Assembly: GCA_002633005.1 (NCBI GenBank) | Contig: NMRA01000601.1 | Location: 169,463 to 233,462, forward strand | Length of the DNA stretch: 64,000 nt | Origin: Phoronis australis | Lineage: Eukaryota; Animalia; Phoronida | Direction of reading: 5' to 3' | In this document: positions 1 to 13,400 of the stretch, piece by piece | Layout of the letters: each line of letters begins with the position of its first letter | Position numbering within the stretch: position 1 is the stretch's first letter | Made by a program: the position numbers and the translations under genes | Notes under the pieces: model-generated | Databases searched by the model: none | Told to the model about the DNA's origin: nothing | Seen by the model: the letters and a program-made list of their open reading frames with translations, nothing else

Positions 1-422
1 GATAAGAGGTAATTATAAATAATGTTACCTCCAAACATTACCGATGACGATGTTGTATCTGCCCCAACAGCTAGACCCGAACTCACGACATCAGACCGGG
101 TAGCAGTCCAGCGCATTGCTAGTAGAGCTAAAAGCCAGTGCCGCAGGCTTCGATTTCAGTTTAATTCCACCGAATGACAGGAATCCCTTGTCAGGAATAG
201 GCAATTCATAATAGGATCACAAAAAGCACATCGCTTTTTCCATCTGTTAAAGCTAAGTCTGTCCAACTCGGTAATCCCAAAATACGTTTTCCGCCCTAAA
301 ATCGACTGTAACTTTTAAAGCTGCTTAATGTCAAAAAGCAATTTTAAACACCCACTGCTATGAAACCGGTCCCATCTTGTCCCTCATATAAGCTAGACAT
401 CATTTCTACGCTACAGGCCCAA

Positions 423-668
423 GGATCTGTTCTAAGAAACCGAGTTAAGTTTATTTTGACTTACGTTTGAGATTTGTCTTAACTTCCAAATTTTGAAACT
501 TTCACTTTCGGTAAGCTTGTCAAAATAAAACAAAATTTATGTCAAACACTTGATTCAAACTTAAGATCTCTTTCTTGAATTGGATTTGAGACAAAGTTAA
601 CTTTTATTTTAAAATCTACTAAAGTTTAAGATTTGCCTAGGCTAAGTCAGTTTTGTTGGAACGGGCCC
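423..668. mobile_element. MITE with GGATCTGTTC...GAACGGGCCC ends and internal CTTAAG/TTAAGT repeats
   Basis: Imperfect TIR, flanks CAA/CAG, ends similar to the 29577 family. Confidence 0.6.
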
Positions 669-802
669 CAGTTACATAAAGTTATACGCCGTATAGCAAC
701 AATGACGTCGCATTATCACGCGTCACGGTGTTATTGTTGAACAATGCACCTGACGTTATGCAACAATTAAACTTATCCAACGGATAACTTTGCAGTTTTG
801 CG

Positions 803-951
803 CAGTGGCGGATTTAGAGGGGGGCCATGCCCCCCTAAAATCCTACCAGATTACATTTGGCAGTTCGGGGGTGCGAATGTCTGACTGACAATATTCTGGC
901 TAATACTCTGCCCTGCCCCCCCCCTAACTCAAAATCCTGGATCCGCCCCTG
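803..951. mobile_element. hAT-like MITE CAGTGGCGGAT...ATCCGCCCCTG
   Basis: TIR with G/C runs; flanks TTGCG/TTGTG (5-bp TSD, 1 mismatch). Confidence 0.8.
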
Positions 952-3472
952 TTGTGCATCCAGTATTGCTTCAGACTAGGCTCACGGCGTGTCAGTGTCA
1001 GTCGCTAAGGCAGCATGCCGGGTTGGCAGTGATTTATTGAAATTAATCTCCACCCAAAGACTGAGAATGAGAAAACTACTTGGAGACATGATGACACTTT
1101 GACTTTCTGTAAGATCACCCAGTGTACCAATGCAATGTGCACCTCGATTCCCAAATCAGTCTGGACCACTCTTGTACTGGGACGAAGTTATTGATACCGA
1201 TAGCATTTGAAACTTTAAAGCATGTTTGAAACTACTTTACTTCGGTTAAGCCACGCCTATTCTCATCACCTCGCGAAGATGCGGTATTATCTTGTCAACT
1301 TGTACAATAAGGCAATTTTAGTACAAAAAATTATATCTCACTACGTAAAACAGCAGTTAACCATTTAAAAGTTAAATTAAATTTGAAATTTTCTCCAAAA
1401 CATAACAGCCTGCAACCGTCAACAACAGTGAATACTTGCCAATAATGACTAATGTCATTAGTTATTTTAGTGCACGTGTCTTCATCGGGTCAGCACTTAT
1501 CACTTACGTATGAACTGTAAAGATTAGGGCACTCGATATAACAGAATTGTTACGTGATATTTAAAAGCCTCCAAATATCTCAGTAAGACATTGGTGCTTA
1601 CTTCGTGTATCCATTTGCTTCACTGTGTGTAGCGAAACTGTTGAAACTGACATAACACTGTCATCGAGAAAAATATATCGCAGCAATACGTGCTAAGTAA
1701 AGTTGACCTTGTGATTGTTATCTTTCGGGATTGGCTTTAGAGTTTTGTTTATAGCCTCTTGAAGGTGCTATCAGAATATCTACTTTAAAATACGTTGTTT
1801 GATACGAGACTGAAACAACACCTACGCCAGTTCTTCGCCCAACAGCCTACATCCCGTTTAAAAACATCCTCCTGGGACCAATCTTAAGTATATGTATCTT
1901 AGTTAGTATGGGTTTGTTTATCATCCGCAGGATGGATGGGGCGGGAGAGGGGTGCCTCAATTTCAAAATTCAAAAATTCATCGCCATGCAGTGAAATATC
2001 AGGGCGGGGACACGAAAATGAAAGGACTACTCGAGACGCGACGAGGCGTTAAAAAATCACACGCGAAACATTACCAAGACCATTCACTAAGCCTCGATCG
2101 TTTCCCGAGACGAGTTCTAAAGCCAAATTGCCCACCCTGAGGCGATATACCTGACTGGGTACAACATGTAACAGATATGGCCTCCCTGCCCATTCCTTCT
2201 ACGTGGGTCAGAAACATTAGTATTGTACGAAATCCTCAAGAAAGAAAACAAGGGTACTAGGCCCATGGCCCATGGCTGTTAAAATATCCTTATTGTTGAC
2301 ACGGTTATAAAGTATAAACACCTGTCTGCCTGTGAGCTTACCTTTCGGTCGTCCTCACAGCGACTGGTTCATTCGATTTATGAGTTCGCCACGAAGACGT
2401 GTCCATTCATACTAATTTGCCAGTTGAAGACAAATCGGCAAATGCCCTTGAGAATTGCTCCATCACGCTCTAACCTAGTTTCAACTCCTTTTGTGGCTAA
2501 TTTTCAATATAGAAGTGGATAATTCATTTCACGTATGTTTGTATGTTGACGATCAGAAGGAGCCTTCAAAGCCAGTTCTATAGGCTCTCTAAACACGTCT
2601 CTGTACGATTGACAAAGAATCGATTCATCAGCTCACCTTTTTATAACACTTGTTCTTGTAAATACTGCAACCGATATGCAGTCAATAACAAACCGATCAA
2701 AAGCCAAGTGGATGGCGTCTTTGTTTAGGTCAATTACCACGCGGTTGGAGAAAATATGTCGGAATCAACGATGCGTAAGCGTTTCATCCTGAACGAAAAT
2801 AGTCGTGGTGAGAGTCTCCGTAGAATCTCCACCGCAAGACGATTTATAACGGTGTTGTACCGGACTATGAAATGACCCAGTGACCACTGGTAGCCAGTTG
2901 TCCAGTTTTGTACCTATACTAAACACTACTATCGGGCACGAGAACAACGGGAGATTTGATAACTCAGATATCAACGGTGGAGCATAATGAAAAGGCATTA
3001 TGCAAGGCTAAAATCCCACTGAGTGACAACTGCGTTGCAAGAGCGACGAGAATATTTACCTTGGGGGTATTTTCAATGTAGGGATACTAATCCCTTTGTT
3101 AAATTCCAGTTAACTGAACTACATGTAATTACATTTTCATTTCCACGAATTGTTTGGTCCACGTGAAATTCTTAACTGAAATGATTCGCCCAAATGACAG
3201 CCAGGAGCGACTGGTCAAAAGGGAGGCACATGTAGTTTAATTAACACGTTTAAATGAAACAATTAGGCTTGATAAACTCTTACTGTGTCTTATTTATTTC
3301 CGGTCTCTTAAGTAATCACTGCTACATAAAGACCCTGAGTTTGCAAGTAGATGAAAGAATTTTCCCAAGAGGTAGGGTGTAAAACCATCACTAAATTAAC
3401 CCAAAGTGCATACAGGAATATCATTACTTTTCAGGCTATTGAATACCTGCGACAAAAGAAGTTAGATTCGGT

Positions 3473-4458
3473 NNNNNNNNNNNNNNNNNNNNNNNNNNNN
3501 NNNNNNNNNNNNNNNNNNNNNNNNNNNNNNNNNNNNNNNNNNNNNNNNNNNNNNNNNNNNNNNNNNNNNNNNNNNNNNNNNNNNNNNNNNNNNNNNNNNN
3601 NNNNNNNNNNNNNNNNNNNNNNNNNNNNNNNNNNNNNNNNNNNNNNNNNNNNNNNNNNNNNNNNNNNNNNNNNNNNNNNNNNNNNNNNNNNNNNNNNNNN
3701 NNNNNNNNNNNNNNNNNNNNNNNNNNNNNNNNNNNNNNNNNNNNNNNNNNNNNNNNNNNNNNNNNNNNNNNNNNNNNNNNNNNNNNNNNNNNNNNNNNNN
3801 NNNNNNNNNNNNNNNNNNNNNNNNNNNNNNNNNNNNNNNNNNNNNNNNNNNNNNNNNNNNNNNNNNNNNNNNNNNNNNNNNNNNNNNNNNNNNNNNNNNN
3901 NNNNNNNNNNNNNNNNNNNNNNNNNNNNNNNNNNNNNNNNNNNNNNNNNNNNNNNNNNNNNNNNNNNNNNNNNNNNNNNNNNNNNNNNNNNNNNNNNNNN
4001 NNNNNNNNNNNNNNNNNNNNNNNNNNNNNNNNNNNNNNNNNNNNNNNNNNNNNNNNNNNNNNNNNNNNNNNNNNNNNNNNNNNNNNNNNNNNNNNNNNNN
4101 NNNNNNNNNNNNNNNNNNNNNNNNNNNNNNNNNNNNNNNNNNNNNNNNNNNNNNNNNNNNNNNNNNNNNNNNNNNNNNNNNNNNNNNNNNNNNNNNNNNN
4201 NNNNNNNNNNNNNNNNNNNNNNNNNNNNNNNNNNNNNNNNNNNNNNNNNNNNNNNNNNNNNNNNNNNNNNNNNNNNNNNNNNNNNNNNNNNNNNNNNNNN
4301 NNNNNNNNNNNNNNNNNNNNNNNNNNNNNNNNNNNNNNNNNNNNNNNNNNNNNNNNNNNNNNNNNNNNNNNNNNNNNNNNNNNNNNNNNNNNNNNNNNNN
4401 NNNNNNNNNNNNNNNNNNNNNNNNNNNNNNNNNNNNNNNNNNNNNNNNNNNNNNNNNN
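3473..4458. other. Assembly gap (N run)
   Basis: 986 N; the three long X-filled ORFs here are artefacts. Confidence 1.
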
Positions 4459-6849
4459 AGATGCAATAACATTCCTATTGAGACAAAATTTTGATGCAAA
4501 AGATGTATGAAACTTCTGCGGCAAGCTTGTAATCTCGGGCAGTTCAAAACACACGGAAACTTCAAGAGTCAGTTTATGAGTAGCAAAATCGCTCAAACCC
4601 TTACCAGAAGGGAGTCGGCATAGTTGCTCAAACTGATCCCAAGCTCGCGTCCATATTTGCTGAGGCACGATTCGTGCGCTTCACATACACACTCCGATCC
4701 CTGAATGTTGTCGGGCAAAAAAATCATCACGTAGGCTTATGTCCAACTGTCGCATAACTCTGTTTGACAGTCATCATTTGTGCAAACACTGACAGTGGAA
4801 ATGCTGGATCTTGTTCCTGATTTAAGCAAATCATACGAGGACATGCAATAAGTTGAACGAACCAGTGTTGACCTCACTTGATCAACACTTACCGGAATTG
4901 GGGATAATAAAAGCTTGTATAGATATATAATAGTTGAAGGATCGATATTGATATTATGGTCAAGGTTTATCAACTTGTTCATTGTGCAAATAGACATGGC
5001 AAACAAGTCTTTGAATAAAAAACCAACATGGCCGCGAAGACGTGACGTCATTGATCCTTACGTGAATGGTGGTGCAGCGAATGATTTACGAGTGACGTAA
5101 ACAACTGATCCAGGTAGCTCTGGCTATTTTTGAGAATTTTAAGTAGACTACGCTCTCTCGAGTTTTTCTCTGACCCGTTAAGAAGGAGACGGAAGAACTG
5201 TGGTTGCACTATATGCATGATGTCCGGCAGCCTCACATACGAAACCGTAATTGTAGACTGTCCAGAATCCTTTGAACCCGCTCTGCCAATCTTCAGTAAA
5301 ACTTTGAAAAATGAAATTTGTACAGAACACACTCATGTACACATACTTCAACAACAGATCACGGAATAGCAAGGAATAATTTCTAACAACCATATTTAAT
5401 TCGCTCATTCGTTCTTCGCATTTTATGTCAAAACAAATATTTGTGCGAACATTTTCCAAGAACTTTCGTCATGATACCCCAACCAGTGTGATTACCAATG
5501 CTTATCTGCACGGCTTAAAATTCCTGCTTGAACTTGAAGCCCTTGAAAGTTTCACCTTTGCTTGATTTGAAGAATCCCTACTCAACTGTCTCGACCAATT
5601 ACCTAGCCCCCTCCGCGATATGATGAATTGATCCGTATAATTCGCTTGTAATCTCCCTCCGATCGTTAACCTCGTCCTCGGTATGAATTCCACTGGGTGA
5701 TGGATCGCAGTGACCACAGCTTCAAGCGGACCAGGTAATATTAAGAAAGGTCTATCTTTACCAACACGACAGCGATCAAAAATGATTAGTCAGTGTTGCT
5801 GGAATGAGTTGAATTATCTAAACATCGCATGATGTCCAGGATGCAGCCGTGTCCAAAAATACAAATATTACATTTCTACCCTCTGATTTTGAAATTTTCG
5901 TATGATTGCTGATATTCAAAGTTTGGGCCAATTTTAAATCAACAATCAATGAATAAAATTTGGATAATACCGGGCAGTCATGAAATACCTCGATGGATGA
6001 CAGTTAGAGTTCTTCAGATACACGCACCAATTTACCGCTTCCGTTGAAAGTTTTCTCAACACGCGGTGCTTCGAAATCTCGCGATTTTGTTACATTGTTT
6101 GATTTAATAATTTTATTTTAATTTTTTTCGCGCTTTAAAACTATCGAAATAGAGAATACTCGGTAACAACAACTGAATTAGAATGCAACCATGGCAAAAT
6201 CTGTCACTTATTTAATACGTAAAGGCAAACGACAGCAAGTTGCACTAATAACAGGACAAAACCCCATATCAGAATTATTTTTGTTTGTCGCTTATATAAA
6301 CCCCTGTCACACCAGTTCAAGTTTTACCTTGTGTTGTGACTAAGTCAAAACATCAGGGATGCGTTCCGTAGTCACAAGGCACTCGCTAGTGAAGCTAGTG
6401 TGATCAGGTGCTTTAGTAGTGATGCATATGGCGACACTCGCGAGAAATTTGCTCGCCAATGTCGTAAGGCAATCGCGGAATACTTGTGGCGACAACTTTA
6501 GTTCGCTAATCGATATGAAATGATGAATTCTATCCGACAATTCAACACTCACCTCAACAACCAGTCACTTCCGTGATGGTCATTTTGTTAAGATACGCTA
6601 GTAAAATTCCGAGAACATTCTAGAGTCATTCGAATTCCATTCTCGAGATTTTGTGTTTTTGCGTGACCATAATTTTACGGAAGTTTCTCGCGTTTGCGGG
6701 ACCTCACTGGTTCCCTGCGTGCCGCTAGGTGGTCAGTAGCCAGCACACAGGTATCACTTGATTTTCCTCGGGCAGTTGTTTTATATCGGCGTTTCTGATT
6801 GGCTAGTCGAATTCTCAACAGGTAGCGCTTTACGCAAACAAACTGGCAT

Positions 6850-6871
6850 CATAGATACTCTATAGTCTATG
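6850..6871. repeat. 22-bp hairpin with 7-bp TSD (transposon footprint)
   Basis: CTGGCAT-CATAGATACTCTATAGTCTATG-CTGGCAT. Confidence 0.85.
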
Positions 6872-7593
6872 CTGGCATGACTGATGGACTGAAGTGTAAA
6901 TGAGGTCTGTTGTACAGACAAATCGGTGCTTAAAAATTATGTTCAGGAAATGTGAATCCTAGAAATTGTGGTTGCACCTTAATTCGGAATGCATCTTTCT
7001 GCTGTCGATGACTTTTGTTTACGATACTGTCCTGTATTCCGAATAACACACCGGTTAAATCGGTCAGTTATGCGTTTATTGTACATGTATATGTGTGTTT
7101 CAAGCACGCGGCTATTAAACATCACTGCAGAAACGAAATAGTTGCTGCGACGCCACTTGCATGACAAGTCTAAAAATCGTTCACATGCAGTCTGTCATTT
7201 TTTCACGGTGTTGCAAAGCTAACCAATGACTGTTGAGGTTACATCAACCAATGCTAATGCGCGTGCCACTGTGTGATACCTGCGTGCTGGCTAGGCACGT
7301 TGGGGACCAGCGAGTTGCGGAACACGCCCCACGTATTACTGGTATAGACGCCAGCTGCGTACTTCCGAGTCTACCTTCCGGTGTAAGCAACACACAATCA
7401 AAGTACCACACAAAAGAAGTTGACAAAATTTATTGCTTTCAACTACTATACCTTATTTTCCTTGCCCATTTCGGACTTGAGAAGGTCGCGTAGTCCGGTA
7501 TAATACTCTAGCGCCTCCAGGTGGTCGATTATTTGCAGTCGCTTCACAGTGGCTTCGAACGAAAGCTTCTCGAACTCTAAGGCTTCATGGACG

Positions 7594-7706
7594 AAGTTAT
7601 ACACCTTTGGCACGAGGTAGAATATCCCTGAAAATAGATTTACTCATAAGTTATACACCTTTGGTACGAGGTAGAATATCTCTGAAAATAGATTTACTCA
7701 AAAGTT
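7594..7706 (+). repeat. Tandem duplication, 54-bp unit x2
   Basis: AAGTTATACACCTTTGGYACGAGGTAGAATATCYCTGAAAATAGATTTACTCA occurs twice. Confidence 0.95.
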
Positions 7707-9409
7707 GCGCAAGAAAAAATAAGCTGCGAAGACTCCTCCACTCCAGGTTTATTTAGAGCGCAACTCTGAACGATGCATCATACGGTGAAAGGCAGACAGT
7801 AATCTAAAACGACCGAACGTCTATACATCCACGTGAGTGCTGTCAACGGGCAGACAACAAAGGCAACAGTGAGCACCAATACTGTACATTTCATAGACAA
7901 GAAAGTTTCCACGGCACGGACAACCGATAAGCAAAAAACTAGCAGTGAAGATTTCAAGCCGTTCATCGTTAGAACACCGTCTTCATCACAAGGGCGGATC
8001 CAAAGGAACGGCCGGACCCCCGGTGCGCGGTCTCTTCCTAAATTCCTCACTGTTAGCAGGAGGGATCTAAAGATATGATATCCAAGAGTTGAACCACTTT
8101 GCTCAAAATGATCATGAATCCATGTTAGATTTGAAATTCAGTTCTCAAACTCGATTTCTTGTACACCCGTACCTGAGAGCAGTTTCACTTAACTTCCCAT
8201 AATTAACAAAAAATAATCAAATGTTAGCAACTGCCCAAATTATTTACACTCCAGACACGAACTGGACTCGTAATGACTTGTGTTTCCACTTTAAAAGCTG
8301 CCAAATGGATCTCATTAGGGAAACGATTTTACGTCCTTGATCGGAACATGGCCACCGCTTTGTAATTGTGATGACCATGCTAATTAACGTTAATATCTCT
8401 TGCACGTACACCACTCCGCAACTGGTACATGTAAGTGTATGCCCGGTGAAATGATTTCTCTCCGGCATTACTGATATCGATGTGTACCATAAGAAATTTG
8501 TATCTTGGTTTCTTTAAAAGTGAAGAAGGTTTTCAGTCTATACAACGGCCTGCAAGACACGATTAAAGGAATATTACTTTCGGCTCATGGCAGTTTCTTC
8601 GTAACAATTTGACAATGATAAAGAAATATCAGGTTTAGTTTCATCACCCTGCAGTGCTGCTTGCAGAACCAGACTAAGCGACACCTTTTGTCGAGAGACT
8701 GAATTATTATCAACCAGACAGAAAACACTCTGGTCCCCGCGGTAGCTTATAAAGTACACCGTTAGAACTTACAATCTGTGGTACTCAAGACCCGGGTACC
8801 AGCGAAAACAGAAAAGCGTATAAATCACGACCAATACTATGGATTGCAGGCGATTGATAACGTGAAGATAGAGGCTGTTGACTTAAAGCCGATAGCACTA
8901 TCGCAAGAAATAAATCAAAAAGATGTGGTAATGTATGCATACAGGTAGTATAATTATTTTGAAAACATTTCATCACTCAATATGGGTATTGAGTAGCTAA
9001 TAACCCGGGGCCAGAAAGAGCAATGAAATTATAAATCACCTTATGTTTTCCTCAAGCTAATCAATTATTATTTATGGCGTTTGAAACAAAATCAGCCACC
9101 AGATCACATCGACAATAACAAGATTTAATGAACTGAACGTTGACGTCATCACAGTTTCATCATTCTTTATGTCCAGGGTACGTCAATTTGCGCTGAGATC
9201 GGGGCTAGCAAAAAGTTCAACGTAAACGGAATTTGTAATTTGAGTAATTAATTTGCACTCTTCAATCGATGCTATGGGCCGGAGTTTCCTATTAGAGGCT
9301 CATCTTAAGATACGTCTAGTGGGCGTCTATGAGGAAAAAGTTCCGCAGATACGCCGCACATTTGGGAAAATATGCACCACTAAACCTGAATACTTCCTAA
9401 TCCGGATAA

Positions 9410-9740
9410 TTTGGCAGCAGCCCCTCTTAAGACAGGATTCAATAAACGCACAACGGTGTTGCCAGTCGACGATTTTCGTACATGCTCGGTCAAAACTTTG
9501 TTTATTGTTAAACATCTCCAGGATAACAACAGAAAAGTTCGCTACGAGACACAACACGAACAATTAAAACAACGACTATATCTCGACACAGGTCAAGTCT
9601 CGCCTTATGCAGAAATAATACGATACAGGGTAACTGCAAATGTACAGAGAGTTTTCAAGAGCGAGTATGTACAAAAATCGTGAACTGCCAACAGTGTCGC
9701 GCGGCTTGCAGAAGATCGCCTGTAATATTCACCTTTTCCC
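9410..9740 (+). pseudogene. Possible hAT-Charlie/SPIN (GTF2IRD2-like) transposase N-terminal relic
   Basis: KLCLL and NNRKVRYETQH...TGQV...NVQRVFK resemble the CL.C/N..RHYET.H...GQ...QQ..F pattern. Weak. Confidence 0.3.
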
Positions 9741-10400
9741 TATAGACTCCTCCTCTCCATTCCTGGTAGTTATGAATTCATAATAGTTCCTTCGCATATA
9801 TGAACGAAATATTCTTATTCAAACGTACATTGTGTCACTCGCTCTTGTGTATTTTAGTAACAATAACAACTTTTGTACCAGCAAAAGCTCGTGCATTGCT
9901 TACGTAACCAAATCAACAATCTGTGAAAGTTATTTATATTTTCCCCGAGTATGGCCGCTGAGTGTGGACACACTAGGTGGAGCTTCTGTGCGGATGAAGG
10001 ACGTTCACATAATTTCATAGTGTTGCAATTGTTACGTATCTATTTTTCATTTTTTGTTTAGCCTTCGCCTTTTACCAAGATTTCTGAAAGCAAGTTCACT
10101 CTCGTGAATGAACTGGTACTACCAACATTTTCAAATAAATGCCCGCGATATTTTTTATTAAAAGTTTGGAACTCTGAGAATTTTCATGCTTAATGATTTG
10201 CATTCTTTATACATCTGTGAGCAGTTTCAACAAAACTATATCATTCTGTTATTTCTCATCTGACCTTTTATACTAGATTAGCACCGTTGCATAACAGTCC
10301 CCGCTTCCACGAGACACCCTGTGCTGGGGTACTTGGTAGTCCAAAAGCGTATTTTCCGAATGTTCAATTATATTACGAAATACCCGGCACTGCACACCAT

Positions 10401-10662
10401 TAAATTATTTTTACAAAGAACAATTTTTTCTTTCATGTCAAACTGTTTCCACACCTAGTTCAATGGCATTACGACGCGCACCATAGTTTTCATCAGCTTG
10501 TTTGATAGATCATCGCAATTCCACTTTCGTAAATTGTTTTTCACAAAAAACATTTTTTCTTTCATGTCAAACTGTTTCTACACGTATAATTAGTTCAATG
10601 GCATTACAACGCACACCAGAGCTTTCAGCTTGTTTCATAGATCATCGCAACTCCACTTTCGT
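10401..10662 (+). repeat. Diverged tandem duplication, about 130-bp unit x2
   Basis: TTTTTTCTTTCATGTCAAACTGTTTC...ATAGATCATCGCAAYTCCACTTTCGT occurs twice. Confidence 0.92.
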
Positions 10663-11926
10663 CATCATCAACTTATCTCTGTGATCGCACGCATTTGTTG
10701 GTGAGAATCCCCTAACTTGCTAAATTACTTACAAGACTTCATGTTTTTCATTTCTTCCATTTCTCACTCGTCATTTGCACGTTGTTGCCAATCACAGTCT
10801 CGTGGTCACCCTGAAGCGTGATACTGAACAGCCCAAAGTGAGCATCACGGACAAAATTTATTGTAAAATGTAATCCCGAGTTTAAGCGGCTGTGTTAGCC
10901 AACCAAGACCCCCGACTTCCTCGCCGTGTGTGTTTATTTAGGAAACGAAATAGCCAAGAGCGAGTTAGCGTTAACTCTTCTTGATAAGTCGGTCTGATTA
11001 CGGGAAATCCATGAATGGCCACACGACGAATTATCGCCCGCAGGGGTCTCACGACTTGAAGTGTCAATACATTTGCGCAACAGGTAGCGAGAAAAACCTG
11101 GAAATCCTTTAAAATTAGCCAGATTAGAGAGATGGTAGTGATACCAAAGCACACAGATTCTAATTCGATGTTGAACTATTGCGCTTAGAGCAAACTATAA
11201 TTACCGAATAACGGTTATATAATAGCCCAAATGAGTCTCAAAACCTAATAGGCAATGACAAAACGTTCTCGGTACTCATACGCACATCGACTGGAAGTCG
11301 GCGATGGAAAATTTTCAATCAGGCCTAATCGCTAGAAAGGCGAGGAAAAGCAGTTAATGAAAATGTTCACTGCATCATGCAAACGACAATCCTTGAGTCA
11401 GACGGCAACATTGATAACTACAGAGGTGTTGGAAAAACGAGCCGCAGTTCACGCAATGCATAATGAATCTATCGCTGGATGACAGATTCTAGCTAGTCGC
11501 ACAACATAACATAGGTCTCGAACTTACCATCACCAAATCTCTCGGAGGAAGGCTTGACCGTGACTTCCTCTCCCTACTTATTAATTTTCCGAGAACCTAT
11601 GCTTTGGTCTTACATGCCACTGGCATGAAGTTATTTGAATAGAATCAGCGGAGCGATTCGCCAGCCACGTGCAATAAAATACATAGCACAGCGAGGGTAT
11701 TGTAAAAATCTCCTAATGGTGAAATTAGATAATTCAAACCAATCAGCTTCCAGAGACACAATGAACCGCCGTAAACATTTCGTATACGCGTGCATTTACC
11801 ATCTTCGCCATTGTACATGCACACTCTGAGAAAACGATGAACAGGCGCGATAAACATACGCATTGTCGTTCACTGATGAATCAAGTCCTCATCGTAGTTT
11901 TCTGGGAGAGGAAACGAGAGCAACAT

Positions 11927-12269
11927 CAGGGGTACCATGGAATTATACGCACGGCGAGCATCGCACCTAACGCACGAACCACTGCGAACCTATGAATCAT
12001 GGATACGAACCCAAGAATCATACATACGAACAAAAACCATGGGTACAAACCGCACAAAATCATACGCACGAACGGCTGCTCATGGGTGTGACTTTGTGTT
12101 AGTATGTGAGATTTTTGTAGTTCGTGTGCATGATTTTCATACGTATGCATGCGAGAATTTTGGGTTTGTATGCATGATTCATGAGTTCGTATACATGATT
12201 CATAGGTTCGTAGGTGGTTTAATATGCTTAATACGCGATGCTCGTGCGTATGATTCTAGGGGACCCCTG
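11927..12269. mobile_element. Foldback MITE (near whole-length palindrome), CAGGGGT ends
   Basis: CAGGGGTACCATGGAATTATACGCACG pairs with CGTGCGTATGATTCTAGGGGACCCCTG. Internal GAATCATRYATACGAAC subrepeats. AACAT on both sides. Confidence 0.9.
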
Positions 12270-12849
12270 AACATTATCATTTTCCAATTAACTGAAATGT
12301 ACGCCTAATTGTCGCACGATGGTGATAGGGTAGTTAGCGAAGAGCGCACTCCGCTGTCCTCTTCCAAGTGGATTCATGCACTACCCTTTTCTAAACTACT
12401 TTCCCTGTAGTCATCATACAGGCAAATTGCCCCTGTTGTGCAGTAGGAAAATCAAACGATCACAGGAAAATATCCAACACGTAAACATGTCTTTGAATTG
12501 AAGAAAGAGCTTTCACTGAATTTCGCGCCTGACTTGTCAAGACCGCCGCCTCGCGCCTCGAACTTCAGAGAATTAGAAACTGCGGAGTGGTCAAGCGTTG
12601 TCTGCCGAATGTCCCTGTTGACCGATTTCCGTTTTTATTGTTCCGAAAACAAATATCTCGAACGCGAGTACTTGTCTAGTTAGCAAGTTTTGAAACATCC
12701 GTTAAGTGCACTAGCTTTGGGTAAAGAACTTCCAAACTGGTCGCAGTATTCACCATTGTATAAAAAGCGCGGTATAAAAATGAGATGAGAAATCACTATT
12801 GTTTGCTCGGTATGAATCTCAGTCTGATTATACCATGACTCTGCACGCT

Positions 12850-13400
12850 CTGAATATTGATCTTAAGAAGTCGGGAAATCCAGCGACCCCTAGAAATTAA
12901 CACGTATCCCGGACAACGATAACAGTAGCACTGAGTTTGCCTCTGGGCACTCAAAGCAGATGGATTTTATTAAAATCCCTGGAAGCTAAACCAGAGGATA
13001 GTACATAATTATGCTGAAGAGGCTTTTGCCAAATGAATGATACGCACATGGGTTATGTTCTAAGCGCTCTTTCAATAAGATATAGAAATGGGATACAAAT
13101 CCGTCCCTCTTGGGTCTCATTTTTCGATTTTGGTCAAGCATCATCCCAGATTGGGAAGCTCAGTCACACTTCTTTACCTCAAAAAGTCACTTCCCCCAAA
13201 CAGGTAGAGCCTCATCGTAGGCTTCTGACAGTTGTTAAAGATTTTGTTGAGAATCAGATCCCAAATGGACGTTATCAATGTTTCAGACTGGAAACGAAGC
13301 GCCACCTATCGACTAACCGGGAGAACGCTGTTTTCTCTGCATGAGACTAATATCCAGCGTTGCTGCACATTTTTTCAAGTGACAATTTTACATCAAAAAA
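12850..13400 (-). pseudogene. Possible tyrosine-recombinase (DIRS/Ngaro-type) relic
   Basis: Minus-strand fragments in the expected order: LPVSR*VAL, GEVTF, PKSKNETQEG, GRWIS..TS*DQY. Heavily disrupted. Confidence 0.4.

Noticed and set aside
1100-1250. Possible 3' end of a CR1/L2 LINE (SI*NFKACLK)
   Set aside because: Too short and degenerate to support a call.
3351-4668. Three ORFs of about 370-410 aa
   Set aside because: They consist almost entirely of X from the N gap.
6721-6739. CTCF-like motif GCCGCTAGGTGGTCAGTAG (similar words near 7513 and 9970)
   Set aside because: Short degenerate matches cannot be told from chance without a PWM scan or ChIP data.
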